Assembly: GCA_047495785.1 (NCBI GenBank)
Contig: JBLDXI010000004.1
Span: forward strand, 1,550,001-1,614,000
DNA from: Lepidodermella squamata
Taxonomy: Eukaryota; Animalia; Gastrotricha
Direction: 5' to 3'
DNA length: 64,000 bases
Shown: one piece after another, positions 37,176 through 46,900 of the stretch
Layout: every line of letters starts with the position of its first letter
Position numbering within the stretch: the first letter of the stretch is position 1
The notes under the pieces: generated by a model
Seen by the model: only the letters and a program-made list of their open reading frames with translations
The model's database searches: none
What the model was told of the DNA's origin: nothing
Translations under genes and position numbers: made by a program

Positions 37176-37699
37176 TTTTTTTTAATTTCTATTTTTTCTA
37201 CATTTTTAATTTTTAATTTTTTCTTCAGGTTTAATTCATCACTGAAATAGACCTAAAAAGTCGGATTACCTAGGCGAAAACAATCAGGACATGAGCAACA
37301 ACGTGGAATAAATACACAGGGTGTATATTTTTTCATCGGCTAATTCCACGTTTTGTCAGCTAAATCCAGTTTTCGTCTGCAATACCATTTTCTGTCAGCA
37401 ACGACACTTTTTTACAGCTAAACTACTTGTTAACTACTTGCTAAACTACTGAGCGCGCGCAGAGCCGTAACGTAGGCGGGCCAGAAAATGGGCCAACGAG
37501 AAACTGGTGAGAAACTTTGCTTTTGATTCTCGATCAATGAATCGCATTTAGATGCCGCCCCCATTGCAAATATCGGCAGTCAGCGGAGAATTGTATCTTT
37601 GAGTTGTTATCGACACTTTTATTTAAATCTAAGAATAGTCTAGCAGCAGTTGCTATGCGATTTCTGATCGAGCCATTGCATACCTTCTCGAATTTTCGA

Positions 37700-37736
37700 A
37701 TTTAAGCCACGGTTTAAGCCACGGTTTAAGCCATGG
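37700..37736. repeat. 12-bp tandem repeat TTTAAGCCACGG x3
   Basis: Seen directly, upstream of LGIC copy 2. Confidence 0.85.
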
Positions 37737-38123
37737 CACCGAGTCAATGGATGGCAATGCTCGGGTACGGATTGGTAGCTGTGAATATTGCGAAAATGCA
37801 ATACTTTCGTTCGAATATCCGGCTTGTCACTTACTACCTGGGAGTAGCTGTGGTGAGACCAATTTTCAATTATTTTATAGCGGCTTGCGGTTATAGAAGC
37901 TATAGGTCGCATAACGAACGCTGAAAAAGGTTAAATATTAGCGTGAATATATTTCGAAAGCATTGGAAAGCATTGGAATCCTTGATCCAAAGCATCAGTG
38001 ACCAGTATTTTTCTCGAGGAAGTCTGAAATTCAAACTTTCATGCTTTCTAGTTGTAAATAATCTTTGGCTTGATGCTATTTTTGACTATTTTCCCAATTT
38101 TCCAATTTAGGAATTGTTTCAGC

Positions 38124-41100
38124 ATGTTACAATTCATTCTTGTGGTCAGCTTATTGGGATCAAGTTCGGCTAAATACTGGCCCTGGCAAGCCACATCATG
38201 GGACGACGCCCTCAGTTTGCTGCCTAGTCAAGGAAATTTCTACTTCTGGATGTTGGCCAATGGCGATACAAGGTACTACTCGTCGGCTAGTAACACGATG
38301 AAAGAGGCCACGAGCGGCGATTCGGCCGCTGTAGCTAACGGGCCCTGCGGCTTGGGGGCCGTAACCGCGGCAAGCACAGCAACTGGACAGCCTATTCTCA
38401 CCTACGGCAACCTGGAAAAGCCAGTAACCGATTTCACACTCACCTTCTTCGTGAAAACAGACTGCGTAGATAAGGGCATTATCACTTTGAAGAATTTCTT
38501 CTCGCTGTACTGCCAAAGCTCGAGGCTGATGGCGGTGACTTGGAACTCGAATGGAGTCGGAAGCACCCTCAGTCAGAACCTGCCTCTCACCACGGAGTCA
38601 CCATGGGCGTTTGTTGCTGTGACCTACGATTCTAAACAACAACAGCTGCAATGGGGAAGTGTAGCTTATGATAGATCAACAATCACACTGACTTCAGTTG
38701 CGTCGGTTATCATGGGTCCTACTTTCCAAGTTGTTTCTATAGGCGAAGGTTTCAAAGCGAATGGCCAAGCTTTGTACACTTCAAACACAATCGATCAATT
38801 CGCGTGCATGACCCTGTACGTGCAGCCGATTTCAGCAATTCAAAAAATTATGTACGCATGCGGCCGGGGAATCTCTCCGTCAAAGGAGTTGCCTGAAACG
38901 TTTCGATTGATGCCACAAATTGACAGTTTGGCGATCTATATGCCGATGAGAAGCGTTGGAGATAGGGTTTTCCAGAAATATGGCTCGGACCACTATCGAC
39001 AGGCAACGAGCTCTGGAACGGCTATTGCGGCTGATTTGTACGGGCATCATGGCTTTGGATCGCTTTCTGTACAGAACGAGGGCGATCGGATCTACAAGGT
39101 CGAAAATTTGCGAGCTAATGGGTCAATCACAATCGCCTTCTATTACAAGGGAACTTGTTCGAACACCAGCGCCATTCTCGCCCTGAATGGCGACGGCTTC
39201 ATTTATTGCCTGCCCAATACTGGGGTTTTATACCAAGGTCCAACAGGTGAGGTTTCTAGTGCCGTGACGCACCCACGAAGTGACTGGACATTTTATGCGT
39301 TTGTTTTTCGGCCGAGTCTTGTTGAAACCTACTTACAAACAAGAATAGGGGGCGAAGATATAAGCAAAGGACCTGCAACTAGCAAAAGTTTCAAGACCTC
39401 AAATGGGGGTTACATCTCGCTGGAAGCTTTCGGGTGGAAGAGCGCCCTGAGTCGAACCACTGATAGCCTTGCCTGTGTTACTCTTCACAGCACTGCATTG
39501 ACAATTGCTGAAATACAAATGCTGACGTACACGTGCGGAAAGAGGCCTCCGAGATCCGAATACTTATCCGATACTTTCGATGAGTTGCCCCAACTTGGTA
39601 AACTTGTATATCATATGCCATTTGCATGGAAATCGCCTTACTCAGTTTTCGACAAATTCGGGTCGACTTTGTGGTACGGCGAGGCTGCGAAGCAAAATTC
39701 GACCACGTCAACCAATGGGCCGTTTCAAAATGGGGTTCTCACGGCGAACGGCCTTGGCCCGCAGATTTCGGGAGTAAAAAACCAGGATTCCTTCACCTTC
39801 GCCTTCCTGTACAAAGGGCCGTGCTCCGAAACTGTCGGGTTCTTCTACAGCCTTCGCTTTAATATTACATGTGCTTATGGAAATATGGTTCTGAAAGCCG
39901 GCGAGAAATCCTCGGATCCGATTAAATTCGACACCGCTCACTGGAACATGTATGCGTTCACCTATGACAGCAATTCATCGGCTGGTGAATACATTGTGAG
40001 AGGTTACAAATGGAGAGCGTCGCCTACGTCGCCAGAGGTTGAAACAAAAGGCATGAAAATAGACGCGCCTATTTTCCCAATCTACGACGATCATCAACTT
40101 GGGGATTCTGTAACAGACGGCGGGGCAGTCCCGAATGTTGATTCGAGGCGAATCTCTTGCATTATCTATTATTCCGATGCTCTGAGTCTGGACGACATGT
40201 CGAAATTCTTCAAGGCCTGCGGAAAAAAAGAAGGAAGGGCAAATAATCTGCCGTATTTTTTCGATTTCCTGCCTCAAAGAGATAACCTAATTTTCTACGC
40301 CCCATTCACTACTCAAACTGGGCTATCGATCTTCGATAAATTTGGCCAGGTGATTAGCCAAGCAGAATCTGGAAGTGCCAAGGTTGTACCGCGAGGTCCA
40401 TATGGTCTCGGATGTATCGAGGGGGCCACGGGTCAAATCGGCCCCTCTATCTCGATTTTCCCACCAACATCTTTCACAGTCGCATTTTATTTTAAAACGA
40501 ATAGTTCCAGTTTACAGGGCATCATGCTTCCGGGGAAGTTGTCCATCTATTACGGATCAGCCATCAGCATGTTATCAAAGACGATTGGCAAATTGTGGTC
40601 AAATAAAATCCCGAAAAAATTCACGTATGCCAGCAATTCGTGGCTCTTCGTCGCCATTAATTACGACTTCTCCTCGCTTGTCATGCAGGGTTTCAGAATG
40701 AATGAAACTGAGACGGATGCCTATTATTGTTTCGGTCAAGGTGACGGTAGCCTGGAGGCTGAGGATGTGCTAGGCAACTACAACGTAACAATCGGCTATG
40801 CCAAAATTTCCGAACAAGTTGCTGCGACGATGGTTCCCGGCCAGGAGCTAGCTTGCTTTACCTACTATTCAACAGCGTTGTCTGGTCCTGAAGTCGTGAA
40901 ACTTCCGTATGCTTGCGGTAAGCCTTACTCGAAATCACCGGCTGTGCCAGCAAAATTCGAAACCATGCCGAAAAATCAGTCCCTCGCTGTTTATTTACCC
41001 CTGAGATCGAATTCCACGTTGGTGGCGATCGATCGATTTGGCACGGATATGATGGATGTAACGCCAGGTAAGCCGATCGCCAAGTCTCCCGGGCCCTTTG

Positions 41101-43037
41101 GCAAGGGGTCTTACTCGGCCGATAAGCAGCTCCTTGTTGTCAACTATTTGCCTGTTTTCGACCGATACACAATCGCATTCTACTACAGCGGCTCTTGCTC
41201 GGCCCGATCTGGTCTCTTATCCACGGATCAATTCGCTATCAAATGCGAAAATTCTGCTGTAACTCTGTCCGGCTGGTTCAAAGATGGGAATAAAAAGTTC
41301 TCCTCACCAATTACGTATGACCAGCCCAAATCGTGGCGGTTTTTCGCCTTCACCCTGGCTAACAACACCCTGCAAGGCTACCGAGGCACAACTGACTTCA
41401 ACAGCGTCGCGCTAGCCAGTACGACATCAGACTTCACGCTTGAGCTGAGATTCCACCTTGGCTATTCGAGCCTTGAATTAGGCACGTATTATTCGATATC
41501 GCAAGTTATCAACCTAGCTAAAGGCGATGAGTTAGCGTGTGTCAGTCTTCATACAGAAGCTCTCACCATCGAAGAGCTGATAGTTCTAGCTGACATCTGC
41601 AACGATATGCAGCCCACCACTTCAACTTCAACCACAACAACAACAACAACAACAGAAACAGAAGCTACTACTGATGAGGCTACGTCAACTCGAGAGCTTG
41701 AAACTGCCTCTACAATCTTTACCACCATCAGCATTGCTACGCAGACCACTACTGAAAGCAGTTCAACTCGAACGAGAGCCGCATCGACCACAAAATCGAG
41801 CGATATCCTGCAAACCTCGAATTTGAGCCCAGAACCCGAGCCAAGTTACAGGAAGTACAAAGATCCGAACTGGCAATCAAAAATCGGCACGAATATTTCT
41901 ATTCAGAGTACTCTGCCGCGCTTGGACCGCAATGGCTTCACACAGCCGGATAAGCCTTTCGAAACCATTGAGAATATTCTGAAAAAATGTGACCATTTTG
42001 AAGCTGCACGATACGCCCCGCCTAAAATCAAAGCTAATGAACCTAATTACGTGAATATAACTTTCTATGTCCCAGGTTTGAATGAATTATCAAGCGGGGA
42101 TGATACGATCTCAGTCAGTGGGGTCGTTCTTTTATCTTGGTCCGTTTCAACATGCCCGAAGAATTCTACAGACCCGATCGCTACGAGACCTAAAGAGCAA
42201 ATCTACGTGGCTAACCCTAACCAGATGTGGCTGCCTCAGCTTCGGTTCATCAACAGTGCCCAGTCGAATGTCTACATGAAGAACGTGGCTGTAGGGGACG
42301 ATTTCCTAGTCACTATGGATGGAGTTGGGGCTGTGGAAAGTCCGAATAAGACCTACAACTTCTACTGGACTCGGGAGGGGCTATTCAAAGCCGACTGCAC
42401 TTTGGTGATGCGGGATTTTCCGTTCGACAAACAAACCTGCGCGTTTGTTTTCGGCCTTCAACGATCGAATACTTTGCTTTCTTTTGTAGATCCGCCTACA
42501 TTTCTTTGGGACATTGATGCTGTTGACAATTCTGAGTGGTTGGTGACGGAATTTAGTAGTCACATTTCCTGGGCTTACTTTAATGGTTACAACGTATCGA
42601 TTGTTGTGTATGAAGTGACGTTGAAACGATACCCAACTTACTACATCAACAATTTGTACCTACCAACTGCAATTTTGGCTAGTTTGGACCTGGCAGCTTT
42701 TCTAATGGCTCCGGCTATGCCGGAGCGGGCTGCTTTTACGGTGACTATCCTACTGGCGATGGCTGTTAGCCAAACGGAAATCATAAGCCAGGCTCCGAAT
42801 TCGGACAGTACGATTCTCAGCACGTACATTCAGTGGATGGCTTGGTTCTCAGCCGGCGTCACAGTTTACCATCTGGTCTCGCTATGGCTGGCCTGTTCGT
42901 ATTTCGTGGAGGGCAAGCGCAATATGAAAACGCTCTTCAATGGACGAATGAACTGTGTGCGACTCTTTGATATACTCGCCTTTATTGCCGCTGTGGCTTT
43001 TTTCGCTTATGCAAATTACTTTGTTATCAAAAATTAG
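38124..43037 (+). CDS. LamG-like x5 - Thr stalk - Cys-loop ligand-gated ion channel, copy 2 (intact, intronless, ~1637 aa)
   Basis: ATG at 38124 starts signal peptide MLQFILVVSLLGSSSA. Five ~230-aa repeats (FT..F..K..W.F.A.TY..IG..AC...Y...L...E...L...CG); poly-Thr; WLPQL; Cys-loop CTLVMRDFPFDKQTC; NSEW; LKRYP; M2 ERAAFTVTILLAMAV; M4. Confidence 0.92.
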   Translation: MLQFILVVSLLGSSSAKYWPWQATSWDDALSLLPSQGNFYFWMLANGDTRYYSSASNTMKEATSGDSAAVANGPCGLGAVTAASTATGQPILTYGNLEKPVTDFTLTFFVKTDCVDKGIITLKNFFSLYCQSSRLMAVTWNSNGVGSTLSQNLPLTTESPWAFVAVTYDSKQQQLQWGSVAYDRSTITLTSVASVIMGPTFQVVSIGEGFKANGQALYTSNTIDQFACMTLYVQPISAIQKIMYACGRGISPSKELPETFRLMPQIDSLAIYMPMRSVGDRVFQKYGSDHYRQATSSGTAIAADLYGHHGFGSLSVQNEGDRIYKVENLRANGSITIAFYYKGTCSNTSAILALNGDGFIYCLPNTGVLYQGPTGEVSSAVTHPRSDWTFYAFVFRPSLVETYLQTRIGGEDISKGPATSKSFKTSNGGYISLEAFGWKSALSRTTDSLACVTLHSTALTIAEIQMLTYTCGKRPPRSEYLSDTFDELPQLGKLVYHMPFAWKSPYSVFDKFGSTLWYGEAAKQNSTTSTNGPFQNGVLTANGLGPQISGVKNQDSFTFAFLYKGPCSETVGFFYSLRFNITCAYGNMVLKAGEKSSDPIKFDTAHWNMYAFTYDSNSSAGEYIVRGYKWRASPTSPEVETKGMKIDAPIFPIYDDHQLGDSVTDGGAVPNVDSRRISCIIYYSDALSLDDMSKFFKACGKKEGRANNLPYFFDFLPQRDNLIFYAPFTTQTGLSIFDKFGQVISQAESGSAKVVPRGPYGLGCIEGATGQIGPSISIFPPTSFTVAFYFKTNSSSLQGIMLPGKLSIYYGSAISMLSKTIGKLWSNKIPKKFTYASNSWLFVAINYDFSSLVMQGFRMNETETDAYYCFGQGDGSLEAEDVLGNYNVTIGYAKISEQVAATMVPGQELACFTYYSTALSGPEVVKLPYACGKPYSKSPAVPAKFETMPKNQSLAVYLPLRSNSTLVAIDRFGTDMMDVTPGKPIAKSPGPFGKGSYSADKQLLVVNYLPVFDRYTIAFYYSGSCSARSGLLSTDQFAIKCENSAVTLSGWFKDGNKKFSSPITYDQPKSWRFFAFTLANNTLQGYRGTTDFNSVALASTTSDFTLELRFHLGYSSLELGTYYSISQVINLAKGDELACVSLHTEALTIEELIVLADICNDMQPTTSTSTTTTTTTTETEATTDEATSTRELETASTIFTTISIATQTTTESSSTRTRAASTTKSSDILQTSNLSPEPEPSYRKYKDPNWQSKIGTNISIQSTLPRLDRNGFTQPDKPFETIENILKKCDHFEAARYAPPKIKANEPNYVNITFYVPGLNELSSGDDTISVSGVVLLSWSVSTCPKNSTDPIATRPKEQIYVANPNQMWLPQLRFINSAQSNVYMKNVAVGDDFLVTMDGVGAVESPNKTYNFYWTREGLFKADCTLVMRDFPFDKQTCAFVFGLQRSNTLLSFVDPPTFLWDIDAVDNSEWLVTEFSSHISWAYFNGYNVSIVVYEVTLKRYPTYYINNLYLPTAILASLDLAAFLMAPAMPERAAFTVTILLAMAVSQTEIISQAPNSDSTILSTYIQWMAWFSAGVTVYHLVSLWLACSYFVEGKRNMKTLFNGRMNCVRLFDILAFIAAVAFFAYANYFVIKN

Positions 43038-43949
43038 TCCTACTTACTTTAAAAATGTGGAAGATAAGCTCTTCAAATGTAAGGATTCTAGAAGTATTAG
43101 TTCTCTGTTCTAAATTGTGATTCTTATTCTGCTGTATAGCCCTCTCTGATTAATTTTATGAATCACCGCAATTTCGTAATAAACCGATTTCTTCGAAATT
43201 ACAACCTGGTGTTGAAAGTACTGAGAAAGCCACGACCACATCATGCCCCTGAGTGGGTGATGTAATTAGAACTGTCGCTAAATATGTCTCTGAATTGTGA
43301 GGCTGAGGAATTGGAAAAAGACGTGATATCCCAAGCAGTGCTCCGTGGTCGGAAGGGGGTAAACAAACCCCCCCGCCCCCTCCCTTCCCCAGGCGTTCAA
43401 AAATGTCTGAAAAACGTAAGGGTATGTGAAAACCGTCGATTTGGAAATTTCGATCTCAAAAAAGCTCGATTAACCCCTCTCATAGCTGGACCTAGTCGGA
43501 TGACCTTTCCCAAGAAAGCAACCTGAAACTTGCTTCTGCATGAAAAGACCAGTTTTAAATTTATTTCGATATAGCATTTACTATATGTGACTTGGTTCGC
43601 AATTTTTCACGGTTGCCTCTTGCTCGTGACGTAGTCGCGGATATGGGATTTCTGAATCATCAAGTGCAGTAGAATTAGTGCACTCGCCAGCGGACAAAAA
43701 GCGGACTGTGCGATATGTGTTGTTTTTCTCAGTTCGAACAAGTTGAACATCTCCTCGCCCTTTGTTATTGCGGATTTTGTCCATTCCAGCGAGTTTATGT
43801 ACACAAATTCAGCAATATTCCTTGTTTTTCACCGATCTTACATCCTGTTTTCAACGCATCGCCAAGTTCTAATTGAATTTTCGTGCTTATATTCGACATA
43901 TTCACATTTTTGTCCACATGATAGCTGGACTGAATCATTTTTATTCGCT

Positions 43950-46900
43950 ATGCGAACTCTCCTCTTTTTTCTGCTTTTCACTCAAAAATGCGTAGCTCAA
44001 AGCTCGCCAACCCGAGCAGCGTCTTGGGACGATGCCCTAAGCCTACTGCCTGTTCATTCCGATTTCTACTTCTGGTTCCTCGCAAATGGCGATTCGAGGT
44101 ACTACTCGTCTGCCAGCAACACGATGAAAGAGGCAACGAGCACAAACTCCGCTGCTATGGCTGACGGGCCTTACGGCTTGGGAGCTGTAACCGTGGAGAA
44201 CACAGCGACTGGAAACGCTGTGCTCACCTACGATGACCTCGAGAAGCCAGTAACCGATTTCACACTCACCTTCTTCGTGAAAACAGACTGCGTGGATAAG
44301 GGCATTATCAGCTTGAAGCCTTTTTTCTCGATGTACTGCCAGGACTTAAACCTGGTGGTGGCCACATGGAACTCGAACAGAGAAGGAATGACACTCGGCG
44401 AGACGCTGCCCCTCACCACAGAGTCGCCCTGGGCCTTCGTAGCCGTGACTTATGATTCTACTCTACAGCAGGTGCAATGGGCGAATGTCGCTCACTATTC
44501 ATCGGCAATTGAGTTGACTACAATCACGTCAGTTGTTATGGGCTCTTCGTCGCAGACGGTTGCGATTGGCGAGGGCTCTAAAACGGATGCCGGTCAGGAT
44601 TTGCACACTGCAAACACGGTAGATCAATTCGCCTGCATGGCTCTGTACAACAGGCCGTTGGAAAGCGACGAAATCTTTAAAATAATGTTCGCGTGTGGCC
44701 GAGTAATTTCTCCGTCTAACGAGTTGCCTGAGACATTTCGATTGATGCCTCAGATCGACAGTTTAGCCATTCATATGCCGATGAGAAAGGTTGGAGATAA
44801 GGTGTTCCAGAAGTACGGCTCGGACTACTTCCGCCAGGCTTCGAACAGCGGAAATGCTGCTGCGAAAGATTTATTCGGGCCAAATGGTTTCGGATCGATT
44901 TCAGTGCAGAAGGAGGGCCATCGAATTTTCAAGGTCGAAAATCTAAGAACCAACTGGCCAATGACCGTTTCCTTCTACTACAGAGGAACTTGCGAACAGA
45001 ACAGTGCGATTCTCTCCTTGAATGGCAAGGGATTCATATTTTGCAAGCCTAATTCCGGGCTCGTCTACAATGGGCCGACTGATATCGATAATGAATTGAC
45101 GAATGCTGTTCCATATCTACGTCCGAATGACTGGATCTTTTTCGCATTTGTCTTCCGGGACGGCGGGGTTGAGACCTACTACCAACTGCCAGAAAACGAT
45201 TTCATGAGTGTTGGGCCGACTACTAGCAAGGCCTTCACAGCGTTCAGTGGAGGCTATTTCTCGATTGAAGCATTCAGTGGAATGCAGGACCCGAGCCGAA
45301 CATCGGATAGCTTGGCCTGTGTGACTGTTCACAACACAGCTTTGTCGCAGGTGGACCTTCGAATGTTGACGTACACGTGCGGGAAGAGGCCGGCAAGGTC
45401 GGAATTCCTTCCGGATTCTTTCGACGAGTTGCCTCAGCTTGGAAAACTCGTCTACCACATGCCATTTGTCCAGAAGTCGCCGTATTCGGTTTTCGACAAA
45501 TTCGGCTCGACTTTGTGGTACGGTGAGGCTGAGAAGCGATCTTCGACCACATCCCTAGGAGGACCCTTTCAAAGCGGTTATCTCATGGCGAACGGCCTTG
45601 GTCCGAAGATATCCGGGGTAAAAAATCAGGATTCTTTCACTTTTGCTTTCTTCTACTTTGGACCTTGTGCTGAAGCTGTCGGTATCGTCTCCACCCTTCG
45701 TTATCAAATCATCTGTGAAAATGGTAAAATGATTCTAAAAGCTGGGGAGAAATCGTCGGATTCGATAGCATGCGACAGCTCTATATGGAACCTATTCGCA
45801 TTCACCTACTCTTCAGAAATTGTGAGAGGTTTTCGATATGCCCCTTCTCCCTCACCGCCAGTTCAGGCTTTTGAAACTAAAGGCATGAAGATAGACTCAC
45901 CAATGTTCCCAGTATACGACAGTCATCTAATCGGAGATTCTGTAACAAATGCCGCGATTATTGCTAACCCTGAGACGAGGCGAATCTCCTGCGTTAGCTA
46001 TTATTCCGAAGCACTGAGTCTGAGTGATATGTCGAAAATCGTCAAGGGCTGTGGGAAGAAGGAAGGAAGACCGAAAAATCTACCGGATTTCTTCGATTAT
46101 CTGCCTCAGAGACGGAGCTTGGTTTTCTGCGCTCCATTCACTACGCAAACTGGATTATCGCTTTTCGATAAATGGGGGCAGGAAATTACTCTCACAGACC
46201 CTGGGAAGGTCAACATTGTCCCGAAAGGTCCGTATGGTCTCGGATCACTTGGGGGCGCAAAAAATCAATCCGGCCCTTCACTTTCGATCATTCTACCAGC
46301 TTCGTTCACGGTTTCCTTCTTCTTCAAATCGAGCGGTACTGGAAAACAAGGAATCCTTCTAACTGGAAAACTGTCGATCTACTACGATTCGGAAAAGGGT
46401 ATTGTAGCTAAATCGAGGGGTGATGACAAATTGTTTTCCGTTGAAAGAGCTAAGCTTTCCTACGAGCCCAATTCATGGCAATTCCACGCCTATACCTACG
46501 ACTGGCAAACCCGGACCCTGCGAGGCTTCTACATGAGGGAAAGTGATGATAAAGTCAAAGATCAATTTACAACCGTGAATTTGACCCTTGAAGCCTCGGA
46601 TATATTCGGCTATTTTTATGTCCGAATCGGCCTAGCTAGATGCCAAAATCAAGAAACCTGCTACATGGATCCGGGCCAGGAACTTTCGTGTATCGCTTAC
46701 TATTCTTCAGCTTTGACTGATGCCGAAGTCGCGAAACTTCCGTACGCTTGTGGCAAGCCGTACCCGAAACAAGCTTTTCTGCCGTCGAAATTCGGATCCA
46801 TGGCGAAAAATCAGTCTTTAATCACGTATTTGCCTTTGACTTCGAGTTCGAAACTCAGCGCTATCGACAAGTTTGGGACTGATCTGTGGGATGTTACGCC

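Larger units (their letters stand above)
36291..37230 (-). mobile_element. Probable non-autonomous Helitron-like element carrying tRNA-like fragments (right boundary uncertain)
   Basis: On the minus strand a GC hairpin CCGGGCGAAGCCCGG is followed ~15 nt later by CTAG|T (~36373). There is an inverted repeat TTAAAAACCTAGTCC/GGACTAGGTTTTTTAA (36291-36385), internal A/B-box-like motifs and a (TTTAA)n tract. Confidence 0.45.

Noticed and set aside
38070-38123. Longer N-termini given by the ORF track for LGIC copies 2 and 3 (38070 and 43743)
   Set aside because: These are non-ATG starts; the downstream ATGs at 38124 and 43950 begin signal peptides that align with copy 1.
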